Shown here piece after piece: positions 39,548 to 49,393 of a stretch of DNA of 64,000 nt (the first letter of the stretch is position 1; every line of letters starts with the position of its first letter). The position numbers and the translations under genes are program-made. This DNA is from an uncultured Bacilli bacterium. Its GTDB lineage: Bacteria; Bacillota_I; Bacilli_A; RF39; UBA660. Below the pieces are notes generated by a model. The model worked only from the letters and a program-made list of their open reading frames with translations. It was not told the DNA's origin and searched no databases. The DNA is taken from contig CAKPDJ010000001.1 in the NCBI GenBank assembly GCA_934148875.1, positions 5,840-69,839 on the forward strand, given 5' to 3'.

Positions 39548-40663
39548 ATGTATTTATCAAAATTAGAAGTAAGTCAATTTCGTAATTACAAAAAAGAAAC
39601 TATAAAATTATGTGATAAAACAAATATTTTTATAGGAAATAATGCTCAAGGAAAAACAAATATAATAGAAAGTATTTATATACTTGCACTTACAAAATCA
39701 CATCGTTTAGGTTTTGAAAATAATATTATTAAAGATGGTTGTCAGTCAGGTGGTGTTAAAGGATTATTAAGAAATAGTAGTAAATTATTAGAATTAGAAG
39801 TTAAATTTCTTTTAGATAGCAAAAAAGTTTTTGTTAATAATAAAGAGTTAAAAAAAATATCTTCTTATATTTCAAATATGAATGTAATTATGTTTAGTCC
39901 AACTGATTTGGATATAATAAATGGTGCTCCTCAAATTAGAAGAAATCTATTAAATACACAGATTAGCCAATTATATCCTATGTATGTTACTTATTTGAAT
40001 GAATATAATAAAATTTTAAAAACTAGAAATGAATATTTAAAACAAATGTCTATTAATGGACTTACTGATACTAGATATTTGGATATAATAAATGAAAAAT
40101 TAGTTGATAGGGCTGTTCTAATTTATAAATATAGAAAGCAGTATTTAGATCAAGTAAATAATAGAATAGGTAGTATATATAAGAATATTATGAATATTAG
40201 TGGACTTAATATTTTATATGAAAATAGTTTAGAACTAGATAATTTTGATGAAGAAAGTATTAAAAATAAGTTTTTTAATAAACTTAAAACTAATTTTAAA
40301 AGGGAATTATCGCAGGGTATAACTTTATATGGTCCACATCGAGATGATTTTTCGTTTTATATAGATAAACAAAATATGAAATTTTATGCATCGCAAGGTC
40401 AAAAAAGATTAGCTATTATTTCATTTAAACTATCAGAAGTTCAAATATTTGTTGATGAAAAAAATGATAGCCCTATTTTGTTACTAGATGATATTTTTAG
40501 TGAACTTGATATAGAAAAAAGAAATGCCTTAATAAAATATATACCTGATAATATACAAACTATTATTACTACGACTGATTTAAAAAATATTAATAAAAAA
40601 ATTATTAAAAACTCTAAAATTTTTGTGGTTGACCATGGAACTATAAATGAAAAGGCGGGATAA
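39548..40663 (+). CDS. recF: DNA replication/repair protein RecF
   Basis: N-terminus [12 protein letters not shown], Walker A ([13 protein letters not shown]) and a C-terminal signature/Walker B ([11 protein letters not shown]). The start is chosen at the ATG at 39548 with a GAGG RBS; the track start at 39536 adds 4 aa. Confidence 0.9.
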   Translation: MYLSKLEVSQFRNYKKETIKLCDKTNIFIGNNAQGKTNIIESIYILALTKSHRLGFENNIIKDGCQSGGVKGLLRNSSKLLELEVKFLLDSKKVFVNNKELKKISSYISNMNVIMFSPTDLDIINGAPQIRRNLLNTQISQLYPMYVTYLNEYNKILKTRNEYLKQMSINGLTDTRYLDIINEKLVDRAVLIYKYRKQYLDQVNNRIGSIYKNIMNISGLNILYENSLELDNFDEESIKNKFFNKLKTNFKRELSQGITLYGPHRDDFSFYIDKQNMKFYASQGQKRLAIISFKLSEVQIFVDEKNDSPILLLDDIFSELDIEKRNALIKYIPDNIQTIITTTDLKNINKKIIKNSKIFVVDHGTINEKAG

Positions 40664-40665
40664 AG

Positions 40666-42603
40666 ATGGATATGGAAGAAAAAGTTACAAATCATTATGA
40701 TGCTTCGGATATTCAAGTACTTGAAGGGTTAGAAGCAGTAAGAAAAAGACCTGGTATGTATATTGGTACTACTGATGTAAAAGGTCTACATCATTTAGTA
40801 TGGGAAATTGTAGATAATGCTATAGATGAAGCATTAGCTGGTTATTGTCATAATATTGAGGTAGTTATTAATAAGGATAATTCAATAACTGTTAAGGATG
40901 ATGGTCGTGGTATACCAGTTGATATTCACCCTAAAACAGGTATTTCTACAGTTGAAACAGTTTATACTGTACTTCATGCTGGTGGTAAATTTGGTGGTGG
41001 AGGATACAAAGTATCAGGTGGACTTCATGGTGTTGGTGCTAGTGTCGTTAATGCTCTTAGTAAATGGGTAGAGGTTACTGTCTATAAAAATGGTAAAATA
41101 CATCAAATTCGTTTTGAAAATGGTGGACATACTGTTCAACCATTACATGTAATTGGTGAATGTAGTGAAGATAGAACTGGTACTACAGTTACATTTAAAC
41201 CTGATTCTGAAATATTTGATACAGATATATATGATTATGAGACATTAAAAGTAAGAATTCGTGAATTAGCATTTTTAAATAGAGGATTATCTATCAATAT
41301 AAGGGATGATCGTGATTTAGAAGATACTACTGGTGAAACTTTTCTTTATGAAGGTGGTATTAGTGAATATGTTAGATTTATTAATCAAGAAAAAACACCA
41401 ATTCATCAGGATATAATTCACTTAAGTGGCGAAAAAGATGGGGTATTTTTTGAAGTAGCTATGCAGTATAACACTTCTTATAATACTAATATTTATTCAT
41501 TTGTTAATAATATTAATACTCATGATGGTGGTACACATGAAGATGGTGTTAAAAGAGCTTTATCAAGAGTAATTAATAATTACGCTAGAAAAAATAATAT
41601 GTTAAAAGAAAAAGATGAAAATTTAAAAGAGGATGATGTTAAAGAAGGTCTTACTATGATTATTTCTTGTAAGCATCCAAATCCTCAATTTGAAGGACAA
41701 ACTAAAGGAAGACTTGGTAATTCTGAGGTTAGAAGTTTGGCTGATAGTGTTTTTGCTGAAGGATTTGAAAGATTTTTATTAGAAAATCCTGAAGATGCTA
41801 AGATTATTGTTAATAAGGCATTATTAGCTAGAAATGCTAGAATGGCTGCTAAGAGAGCAAGAGAAGCTACTAGAAAGAGTGATTTAGCTGTTACTAATTT
41901 CTTTGGTAAACTTTCTGATTGTAAGAGTAAGGACCCTAGTGTTTCTGAGATATTTATAGTCGAAGGAGATAGTGCTGGTGGATCTGCTAAAAAGGGTAGA
42001 GATTCAATGACTCAAGCAATATTACCACTTAGAGGTAAAATTTTAAATGTAGAAAAGGCTAGAGTAGATAAAGCACTTAGTAATGAAGAAATTAAGACTA
42101 TTATTACAGCTTTTGGAACAGGAATTGGTGAATATTTTGATTTATCTAAACTTAGATATGACAAAATTATTATTATGACTGATGCCGATGTTGATGGTTC
42201 ACATATTCGTGTATTATTATTAACGTTATTTTATCGTTTCTTTAGACCTATTGTTGAAGCAGGACATGTTTATGCTGCTCAACCACCTTTATATAGAATT
42301 ATGCATGGAAAGACTAGAAAGTATGTACTTAATGATGATGAATTAGCTGCATATTTAAATTCATTACCAGAAAATGTTCGTTCTAAAGCTGAAATAGCTC
42401 GTATGAAAGGTTTAGGAGAAATGGATGCGGAAGAATTAAATGAAACAACTATGGATATTGAGAAGAGAGTTTTAAGAAAGATTACTGTTGATGATTGTGT
42501 AGCAGCTGATGCTATATTTGAAAAATTGATGGGCGATGAAGTAGATCCTAGAAGAAAATTTATAGAAGAAAATGCAGATTATGTTCAAAATCTTGATATT
42601 TAG
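40666..42603 (+). CDS. gyrB: DNA gyrase subunit B
   Basis: GHKL ATPase ([16 protein letters not shown]), Toprim (EGDSAGGSA) and the C-terminal tail. Confidence 0.97.
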   Translation: MDMEEKVTNHYDASDIQVLEGLEAVRKRPGMYIGTTDVKGLHHLVWEIVDNAIDEALAGYCHNIEVVINKDNSITVKDDGRGIPVDIHPKTGISTVETVYTVLHAGGKFGGGGYKVSGGLHGVGASVVNALSKWVEVTVYKNGKIHQIRFENGGHTVQPLHVIGECSEDRTGTTVTFKPDSEIFDTDIYDYETLKVRIRELAFLNRGLSINIRDDRDLEDTTGETFLYEGGISEYVRFINQEKTPIHQDIIHLSGEKDGVFFEVAMQYNTSYNTNIYSFVNNINTHDGGTHEDGVKRALSRVINNYARKNNMLKEKDENLKEDDVKEGLTMIISCKHPNPQFEGQTKGRLGNSEVRSLADSVFAEGFERFLLENPEDAKIIVNKALLARNARMAAKRAREATRKSDLAVTNFFGKLSDCKSKDPSVSEIFIVEGDSAGGSAKKGRDSMTQAILPLRGKILNVEKARVDKALSNEEIKTIITAFGTGIGEYFDLSKLRYDKIIIMTDADVDGSHIRVLLLTLFYRFFRPIVEAGHVYAAQPPLYRIMHGKTRKYVLNDDELAAYLNSLPENVRSKAEIARMKGLGEMDAEELNETTMDIEKRVLRKITVDDCVAADAIFEKLMGDEVDPRRKFIEENADYVQNLDI

Positions 42604-42614
42604 GGAGGCGTAGT

Positions 42615-45254
42615 ATGGATAATAAAGATGATTTAAATGAATTATTAGCTAGAGCTAGTGAAGAAGATAATAATGCTGATAATGTTGTGGATGATAGTTC
42701 TGATATTAATGATAATAGTTCTCAAGAAGATATTGATATAATTAAATCTAATGGTAATTTTAGTGGATATTTTCATGAAAGAGATAGATTGGATCATAAT
42801 AACATTGTAGATGAAGTTAAAACTTCTTTTATGGAGTATTCAATGAGTGTTATTAAGTCTCGTGCATTACCTGACCTTAGAGATGGTTTAAAGCCTGTTC
42901 ACAGACGTATTTTATGGTCTATGTATGAATCTGGTTATACACCTGATAAACCTCACAGAAAGAGTGCTAAAACAGTCGGAGAAGTTATGGGTAATTATCA
43001 TCCACATGGAGATAGTTCTATTTATGAAGCAATGGTGCGTTTAGCACAAGATTTTAACCAAAGATATATGTTAATTGATGGCCATGGCAATTTTGGTAAT
43101 ATTGAGGGAGATGGCGCAGCAGCAATGCGTTATACTGAGTCAAGACTTGCTAAGATTTCATTGGAATTATTAAGGGATATAAATAAAGATACTGTTGATA
43201 TGGATGACAACTTTGATGCTACAAGAAAAGAACCTAAGGTATTACCTTCTAGATTTCCTAATGTACTTGTTAATGGATCTATGGGTATTGCAGTTGGTAT
43301 GGCTACTAATATTCCACCACATAATTTAGGTGAAGTTATAGATGGTTGTGTTGCATATATTGACAATCCAGATATTGATACTATGGGATTGATGCAGTAT
43401 ATTAAAGGACCAGATTTTCCTACAGGTGGTATTATTTTAGGTAATTCTGGTATTAAAAAGGCTTATGAAACGGGTAGAGGTTCTATTACTATTCGTAGTA
43501 AGGCTACTATTGAAGAAAATGGTAATCATAATCAGATAGTTATTACTGAGGTTCCTTATGGTGTTAATACTATGGAACTTAAAAATAAAGTTGCCGAACT
43601 TGTTCATAATAAAACTATTGAAGGTATTTCTGATTATCATACTGATTTAAAAGACGGTATTAAAATTACTATTACTTTAAAGAAGGATGCTAATGCACAA
43701 GTTATTTTGAATCAGTTATATAAACATACTAATTTTCAAATATCTTATGGTATTATTTTCTTGGTTCTTGATGGACAAACACCTAGAACTTTAGGTATAA
43801 AGGATATTATTTCTAAATATATAGACCATCAAAAAGAAGTAATTATAAGAAGAACTCGTTACGATTTAGGAAAAGCAGAAGAAAGAGTTCATATTTTAGA
43901 GGGATTACGTATAGCGCTTGATAATATTGATGAGGTTGTACATATTATTAGAGCTGCTGAAAGTGATGATGAGGCAAGAAATAATTTGATGTCCAGATTT
44001 GCTTTGGATGATATTCAAGCTAATAGTATTCTAGAAATGAGATTACGTCGTTTAACTGGATTAGAACGTGGAAAAGTTGAAGCTGAGTTAAATGATTTAC
44101 TTGTTAAGATAGCTGATTATAAGGACATTTTAGCTAATGGACAAAGAGTTCTAGATATTATTAAGGAAGAAATGTTGGAAATTAAACGTAAGTATAGTGA
44201 TGATCGTAGGACTCAAATTGATATGACAGCAATTGAATATATTGAAGATGAATCATTAATACCTGTGAATAACATATTAATTACATTAACTAATAAAGGT
44301 TATATTAAGAGAATGCCAGTTGATGCTTATCGTACACAAAATCGTGGTGGAGTTGGAATTAAAGGTATGTCTACTAATGAAGAAGATTTTGTGGAAAAGA
44401 TGATTAATATGGAAACTCATGATTATATCTTCTTCTTTAGTAATAAAGGTAAGGTATATAGGATCAAAGGTTATGAGGTTCCAGAATTTAGCAGACAAAG
44501 TAAAGGACTGCCAATAGTTAATTTATTACCTGTGGAAAAAGGTGAAAGTATTAATTCTATTGTTTCATTGAGTGCTAAAGAACATGAATATAATTACTTT
44601 GTATTTGTTACTAAAAACGGTATTGTTAAACGTACTGATTTAAGTGAATTTGATAATATACGTAGTAGTGGAAAAATAGCAATTACATTAAGAGATGATG
44701 ATGAACTTATTGCTGTACGTAAAACTACTGGGGAAAACGAAGTTATTATTGGTGCTTCTAATGGTAGAATGGTAAGATTTGTGGAAAACGAAATTCGTGT
44801 AATGGGTCGTACTGCTGCTGGTGTTAAGGGAATTGAATTAGGTGATAGTAAAGTTATCGGTGGTGAAATTATTACATCTGATGAACAGGTATTGATAGTT
44901 ACTGAAAAAGGTTATGGTAAAAAAACTCCAATTGATGAATATCGTTTAACTCATCGTGGAAGTAAGGGTGTTAAAGCACTTAACGTAACTGAGAAGAATG
45001 GAATGTTAGTATCATTGAAAGCAGTAACCGGAGAAGAAGACTTAGTTATTATTACAGATAGTGGAATAGTAATGAGAATGTCTATGGATCAAATATCTAC
45101 TTTAGGTAGAGCTACTCAAGGTGTACGTTTAATTAAACTAAAAGATGATCAAAAGGTGGCTACTGTATCAACTATAATAAAAGATGAAACGGATAATGGT
45201 TCAGAAGTTGATAACAGTGAGGTTGTTGAAAATAATGAAAGTGTATCTGAATAG
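42615..45254 (+). CDS. gyrA: DNA gyrase subunit A
   Basis: Active-site region (AAAMRYTE), GyrA-box β-pinwheel repeats and an acidic C-terminal tail. Confidence 0.97.
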   Translation: MDNKDDLNELLARASEEDNNADNVVDDSSDINDNSSQEDIDIIKSNGNFSGYFHERDRLDHNNIVDEVKTSFMEYSMSVIKSRALPDLRDGLKPVHRRILWSMYESGYTPDKPHRKSAKTVGEVMGNYHPHGDSSIYEAMVRLAQDFNQRYMLIDGHGNFGNIEGDGAAAMRYTESRLAKISLELLRDINKDTVDMDDNFDATRKEPKVLPSRFPNVLVNGSMGIAVGMATNIPPHNLGEVIDGCVAYIDNPDIDTMGLMQYIKGPDFPTGGIILGNSGIKKAYETGRGSITIRSKATIEENGNHNQIVITEVPYGVNTMELKNKVAELVHNKTIEGISDYHTDLKDGIKITITLKKDANAQVILNQLYKHTNFQISYGIIFLVLDGQTPRTLGIKDIISKYIDHQKEVIIRRTRYDLGKAEERVHILEGLRIALDNIDEVVHIIRAAESDDEARNNLMSRFALDDIQANSILEMRLRRLTGLERGKVEAELNDLLVKIADYKDILANGQRVLDIIKEEMLEIKRKYSDDRRTQIDMTAIEYIEDESLIPVNNILITLTNKGYIKRMPVDAYRTQNRGGVGIKGMSTNEEDFVEKMINMETHDYIFFFSNKGKVYRIKGYEVPEFSRQSKGLPIVNLLPVEKGESINSIVSLSAKEHEYNYFVFVTKNGIVKRTDLSEFDNIRSSGKIAITLRDDDELIAVRKTTGENEVIIGASNGRMVRFVENEIRVMGRTAAGVKGIELGDSKVIGGEIITSDEQVLIVTEKGYGKKTPIDEYRLTHRGSKGVKALNVTEKNGMLVSLKAVTGEEDLVIITDSGIVMRMSMDQISTLGRATQGVRLIKLKDDQKVATVSTIIKDETDNGSEVDNSEVVENNESVSE

Positions 45255-45265
45255 ATACACTTTTT
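45241..45265 (+). terminator. Hairpin overlapping the gyrA stop codon
   Basis: gtgtatct-gaat-agatacac is a perfect 8-bp stem followed by TTTTT. Confidence 0.55.
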
Positions 45266-45299
45266 AGTTTCACGTGAAACTACTAATTATTTATATTTG

Positions 45300-45339
45300 T
45301 ATAGTTTTCAATTTACTATGTTGAAAACTATATTTTTTT
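45300..45339 (+). terminator. Second terminator-like hairpin after gyrA
   Basis: tatagttttcaa-tttactatg-ttgaaaactata is a perfect 12-bp inverted repeat followed by T7. Confidence 0.55.
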
Positions 45340-45347
45340 ATTAAATT

Positions 45348-45361
45348 ATTTCCCGGGAAAT
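45348..45361. promoter_or_regulatory. Noc-binding site (NBS), perfect consensus
   Basis: ATTTCCCGGGAAAT within the 24-bp palindrome 45343-45366. It lies 12 bp upstream of the first full parS site. Confidence 0.7.
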
Positions 45362-46768
45362 AATTTTCCACAATGTTTCACGTGAAACATTAAACAAGTA
45401 TTTGATTATAGTTATTAAAATTGAAAAATTTTAAATATTAAATTGTATACTGTTAATAAGTAAAATTTTATCAAAATTAAATAGTATTAAGTTTATTGTT
45501 AATAATTATTTAGTTACAATATGTTTAAAAATAATATTTATTATTGTTAGGTTTAGTAATCAATAATTTAATAGATTATTATTTTATGTTTATATTTGTA
45601 TTAGGCGATTGTTTTTTAGTTTCCACAGTGTTTCACGTGAAACATAGATTTCTAATAATATTTTTGTTCTTAAATATTTATTATAGGAGACATTATAAAA
45701 TTTATTATTTACTAAATTTAAATGCATTTGTTATTTTTATTAAAAATTACATTCTATCTAATTTAAATTTTCATAATTTCCACAATGTTTCACGTGAAAC
45801 ATTGATAATTTAATAGTTATTTTTTATTAATCAATCTACAGTTATTATATAATTTTAATTACTATAAGTAATGTTAATATAGTAAACATTATATTGTTGA
45901 TTAGTTTCAATTTTCAATGATGAGTATCATTAAATAAGGTATGTCTATAATAACATAATGAGTTATTATAGATTAACCAATATAGAATATATAATACTTG
46001 AATTTTCCACATGTTTCACGTGAAACATTGTACGAATATTAAAATATAATTTATTATTTATAATAACAATTATTACTAAAGATAAAAGGTTTATTTAATA
46101 TAATTATAGATCAAGCTTTATTGATTAATAAATATTATTGTTTATTATACTTAATAAATTTATTATTAATTGTGTTAATTTGTTTTTTATATTGAATTTA
46201 TATAAATTATAAAATATCCACAATGTTTCACGTGAAACATAGCTTATTTTGTTACATATAATATTAGATTTTTAAAATATTAGTAGTTATTTATTGTATC
46301 AAATATAATTTATAAATTAAATCTAATAAATATAGATGCTTTTTAAATTTATTAAGATGATATGTATTTTATTTATGAAATTTTAGTGTTAATTAATATA
46401 ATTTCCACATGTTTCACGTGAAACATAGATAATTTAACAGTTGTTTTTTAATTAATCTACAATTATTATATAATTTTAATTACTATAAGTAATGTTAATA
46501 TAATAAACATTATATATTGTTGATTAATTTTAAATTTTAATGATAAGTATCATTAAATAAGGTATGTCTATAATAACATAATGAGTTATTATAGATTAAC
46601 CAATATTGAATATATAATACTTGAATTTTCCACATGTTTCACGTGAAACATATGAATATATCTATTAAATAAGATAAATATCTTTAAAAATTAAAAAAAT
46701 AATGTAATGTTTCACGTGAAACATAAAAATAGTTGCTCTTTTTATAAAAATATAATATTATAATTATC

Positions 46769-46847
46769 GTGCAATAAGTATTAATGGAACCAGGTCAGGA
46801 TTGGAAGATAGCAGCCTTAACGTTCTATACTTATGTGCACTTTTTTT
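46769..46847 (+). ncRNA. ffs: Small (4.5S-type) signal recognition particle RNA
   Basis: Conserved domain IV sequence GGAACCAGGTCAGGATTGGAAGATAGCAGCC. The 5' (GTGCAATAAGTA) and 3' (TACTTATGTGCAC) ends pair, and a T7 terminator follows. TATAAT boxes lie at 46751-56 and 46759-64. Confidence 0.7.
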
Positions 46848-46858
46848 ATAGGTGAATT

Positions 46859-47308
46859 ATGAAGGATTATGAAATATTATATATGAAAGAAGCAATAAAA
46901 GAGGCAATGAAAGCTTATAATTCAGGTGAGATACCTGTTGGAGCAGTAATTGTTAAAAACGGTAATATAATTGCTAGAGCACACAATATGAAAGAAACTA
47001 AAATGTGTGCTATTAAGCATGCGGAAATTATTGCCATTGAAAGAGCATGTGCAAAACTTAATAATTGGAGATTAATTGGATGTACTATGTATGTCACAAT
47101 GTTACCTTGTCCTATGTGTGCTAGTGCTATTAATCAATCAAGAATTTGTAATATATATTATGGCACTGTACCTGATTATGCAGAAAAAGAGGCTGTGGAA
47201 AAAATATTGAATGATAAAAATTATGGGTTACCTGTTAAACTTAGTGGTTCAATTTTGGAACAAGATTGTGGAAAACTTTTAAAGCAATTTTTTGTTGAAA
47301 AACGATAA
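46859..47308 (+). CDS. tadA: tRNA-specific adenosine deaminase TadA
   Basis: CDA-fold zinc motifs HAEIIAIE and PCPMCASAI. Confidence 0.9.
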   Translation: MKDYEILYMKEAIKEAMKAYNSGEIPVGAVIVKNGNIIARAHNMKETKMCAIKHAEIIAIERACAKLNNWRLIGCTMYVTMLPCPMCASAINQSRICNIYYGTVPDYAEKEAVEKILNDKNYGLPVKLSGSILEQDCGKLLKQFFVEKR

Positions 47309-47365
47309 TTATAGTTAGAATAAATTAGTTTTAATGGTATAATATAAGTGTTTTGGAGGTGCATT

Positions 47366-49069
47366 ATGTCTTATCAAGCTTTATATAGAAAATATAGACC
47401 ATCTACTTTAGAAGATGTAATTGGCCAAGATGTTGTTATTAAAATTTTAAAAAATGCAATTATTAATAATAAAATTTGCCATGCTTATATGTTTTCAGGA
47501 CCACGTGGGATTGGAAAAACCTCTATTGCGAAAATTTTAGCTAAAACTGTTAACTGTTTAAATTTGGATAATGGTGATGCTTGTGGAAAATGTGAAAATT
47601 GTTTATCTATAAGTAATAATTCTAATCCTGATATTATAGAAATAGATGCGGCTTCTAATAATGGAGTAGATGAGATTCGCGAAATTAAAAGTAAAATTAA
47701 TTTAGTGCCTAATCAATTAAAATATAAAGTGTACATTATTGATGAGGTACATATGTTGTCTATTGGTGCATTTAATGCACTATTAAAAACTTTGGAAGAA
47801 CCACCAGAGCATGTAATTTTTATATTAGCTACAACAGATTTACATAAGGTTCCTGTAACTATCATTTCTAGATGTCAATGTCTTGAATTTCATCGTATTA
47901 GTTGTGATGATATAACAAAAAGACTTAAGTATATATCTGATAAAGAAAATATTAATATTGATGATAGTGTTTTAAAAAGAATAGCTGAATTATCAGATGG
48001 TGGTATGCGTGATGCGGTTGGTATGTTAGATAAGTTAAATGCTTATTCTAATTCAAATATCACAATGGATGATTTTGAAAAAGTAAATGGTATTGTGTCA
48101 TTATCTGAAAGAATAGAATTTTTGGATAATATTATGAATGGTAACATAGATCATGTCATTGAATTTATAGATTACATTTATGATAATGGTAAAGATTTTA
48201 TAGTATTTGTCCAAGATATGATTAATTTATGTAAAGATTTATGTATTTCGTATTATATTGAAAATGAAAAAAAATATGATATTGATTTACTATTATCTTT
48301 TTTAAAATCTTTAAATAATACTTTAAAAAATACAGAATTTTCTTCAAATATTAGAATAACATTAGAAGTTGAGTTGTTATCGTTTATTAATAATCAAATT
48401 CTTAACGATAATAATACAATTATTGATAATAATTCTCAAAAGAAAGAAAAAAATGCTGTTAATGATTTGAAAATTGATAATAATGGAATACAAAACGAAG
48501 TTATTGATAATAGTTATCAACAAATTAATAAAAAAGAGGAAAAAATTATTTCCCGGGAAATAATTAATCCACAATCTGTTGATGATTCAAGTGCTTATCA
48601 GGAAGTAGTTGATATTATTATTAACAATTGTTTTGCTAGAGCCAATAAGAAAAATAAGTTGGACTTTGAAAATAATTGGAATAAGCTTAATGATTATGCT
48701 CTTGATAATGAGTATGGTGCTGTTGCATGTTACATTTCTGATGGCATAGTGAGAGCTGTTGGTGAAAATGAGGTTATTATTTCATTTGCTTATGAATCTA
48801 TGGTTGACAGAGGAGTTAAGATAATTAATAAGATAGAAAATTTATTAGAAAAAATTTATAGTAAACATTATGATGTAGCGTTAATAACGAATGATAAATG
48901 GAACCATGAAAAAGAAATATTTATTTTGAATATGAATAATAAGGTAAAATATGAATATAAAGAATTACCTAATAATAATATAGAAAATAAACCTTCATTA
49001 AAAAGCGATAATTCAATTGCTGAAGAAGCGATTGAATTGTTTGGTGAAGATATGATATCAATAAATTAG
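47366..49069 (+). CDS. dnaX: DNA polymerase III subunit tau/gamma (DnaX)
   Basis: AAA+ clamp-loader N-terminus (YRPSTLEDVIGQD…GPRGIGKTS), a zinc module (CGKCENC) and an SRC motif (TIISRCQ). The ATG at 47366 with a GGAGGTG RBS is preferred over the track's GTG at 47348. The variable linker contains an in-frame NBS palindrome. Confidence 0.9.
   Translation: MSYQALYRKYRPSTLEDVIGQDVVIKILKNAIINNKICHAYMFSGPRGIGKTSIAKILAKTVNCLNLDNGDACGKCENCLSISNNSNPDIIEIDAASNNGVDEIREIKSKINLVPNQLKYKVYIIDEVHMLSIGAFNALLKTLEEPPEHVIFILATTDLHKVPVTIISRCQCLEFHRISCDDITKRLKYISDKENINIDDSVLKRIAELSDGGMRDAVGMLDKLNAYSNSNITMDDFEKVNGIVSLSERIEFLDNIMNGNIDHVIEFIDYIYDNGKDFIVFVQDMINLCKDLCISYYIENEKKYDIDLLLSFLKSLNNTLKNTEFSSNIRITLEVELLSFINNQILNDNNTIIDNNSQKKEKNAVNDLKIDNNGIQNEVIDNSYQQINKKEEKIISREIINPQSVDDSSAYQEVVDIIINNCFARANKKNKLDFENNWNKLNDYALDNEYGAVACYISDGIVRAVGENEVIISFAYESMVDRGVKIINKIENLLEKIYSKHYDVALITNDKWNHEKEIFILNMNNKVKYEYKELPNNNIENKPSLKSDNSIAEEAIELFGEDMISIN
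48548..48561. promoter_or_regulatory. Noc-binding site (NBS) embedded in the dnaX coding sequence
   Basis: ATTTCCCGGGAAAT within the 22-bp palindrome 48544-48565. It translates as …KIISREII… in the poorly conserved DnaX linker and is followed by TTAATCCACAAT. Confidence 0.65.
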
Positions 49070-49084
49070 AAAAGAGGAAAAAAT

Positions 49085-49384
49085 ATGAATATACAAGCAT
49101 TAATGAAACAAGCTCAATCTTTACAAAAAGATATGATGAAAACTAAGGAAGAAATTGATAATATGACTTTTACTGGTACAAGTTCTTTTGTTACTGTAGA
49201 AGTAAAGGGAACTAAAGAAGTATTAAAAGTAACTATTGATAATGAGAATATTACTTCTGATGATAAAGAACTAATAGAAGATATGTTGGTAGTTGCTTTA
49301 AATGATGCTTTTAAACAAATTGACAAAGTTACAGAACAAAAAATGGGTAAATTTAGTAGTATGATGCCTGGTGGATTATTTTAG
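49085..49384 (+). CDS. ybaB: Nucleoid-associated protein YbaB/EbfC
   Basis: 99 aa with the N-terminal MMKQAQSLQKDMMK motif and a C-terminal MPGGLF. It lies between dnaX and recR. Confidence 0.9.
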   Translation: MNIQALMKQAQSLQKDMMKTKEEIDNMTFTGTSSFVTVEVKGTKEVLKVTIDNENITSDDKELIEDMLVVALNDAFKQIDKVTEQKMGKFSSMMPGGLF

Positions 49385-49393
49385 GTGTAGATT

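Larger units (their letters stand above)
45266..46723. repeat. parS centromere array (9 sites) with an internal ~250-bp duplication
   Basis: Eight perfect TGTTTCACGTGAAACA sites at 45374-89, 45629-44, 45786-801, 46012-27, 46224-39, 46410-25, 46635-50 and 46708-23, each extended to the 18-bp palindrome ATGTTTCACGTGAAACAT. A variant AGTTTCACGTGAAACT lies at 45266-81. The sites match the ParB/Spo0J parS consensus tGTTNCACGTGAAACa. Seven are preceded by TTTCCACA (DnaA-box or parS-half-like). The segments 45777-46030 and 46401-46652 are ~90% identical. The region has no ORF of 60 aa or more apart from one low-complexity artefact. Confidence 0.85.

Noticed and set aside
45266-46723. A repeat array downstream of gyrA that could be read as a CRISPR array
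   Set aside because: The repeats are perfect palindromes identical to the ParB parS site. The spacers are irregular (about 74 to 263 bp) and partly duplicated. There is no leader and no cas gene in the window.
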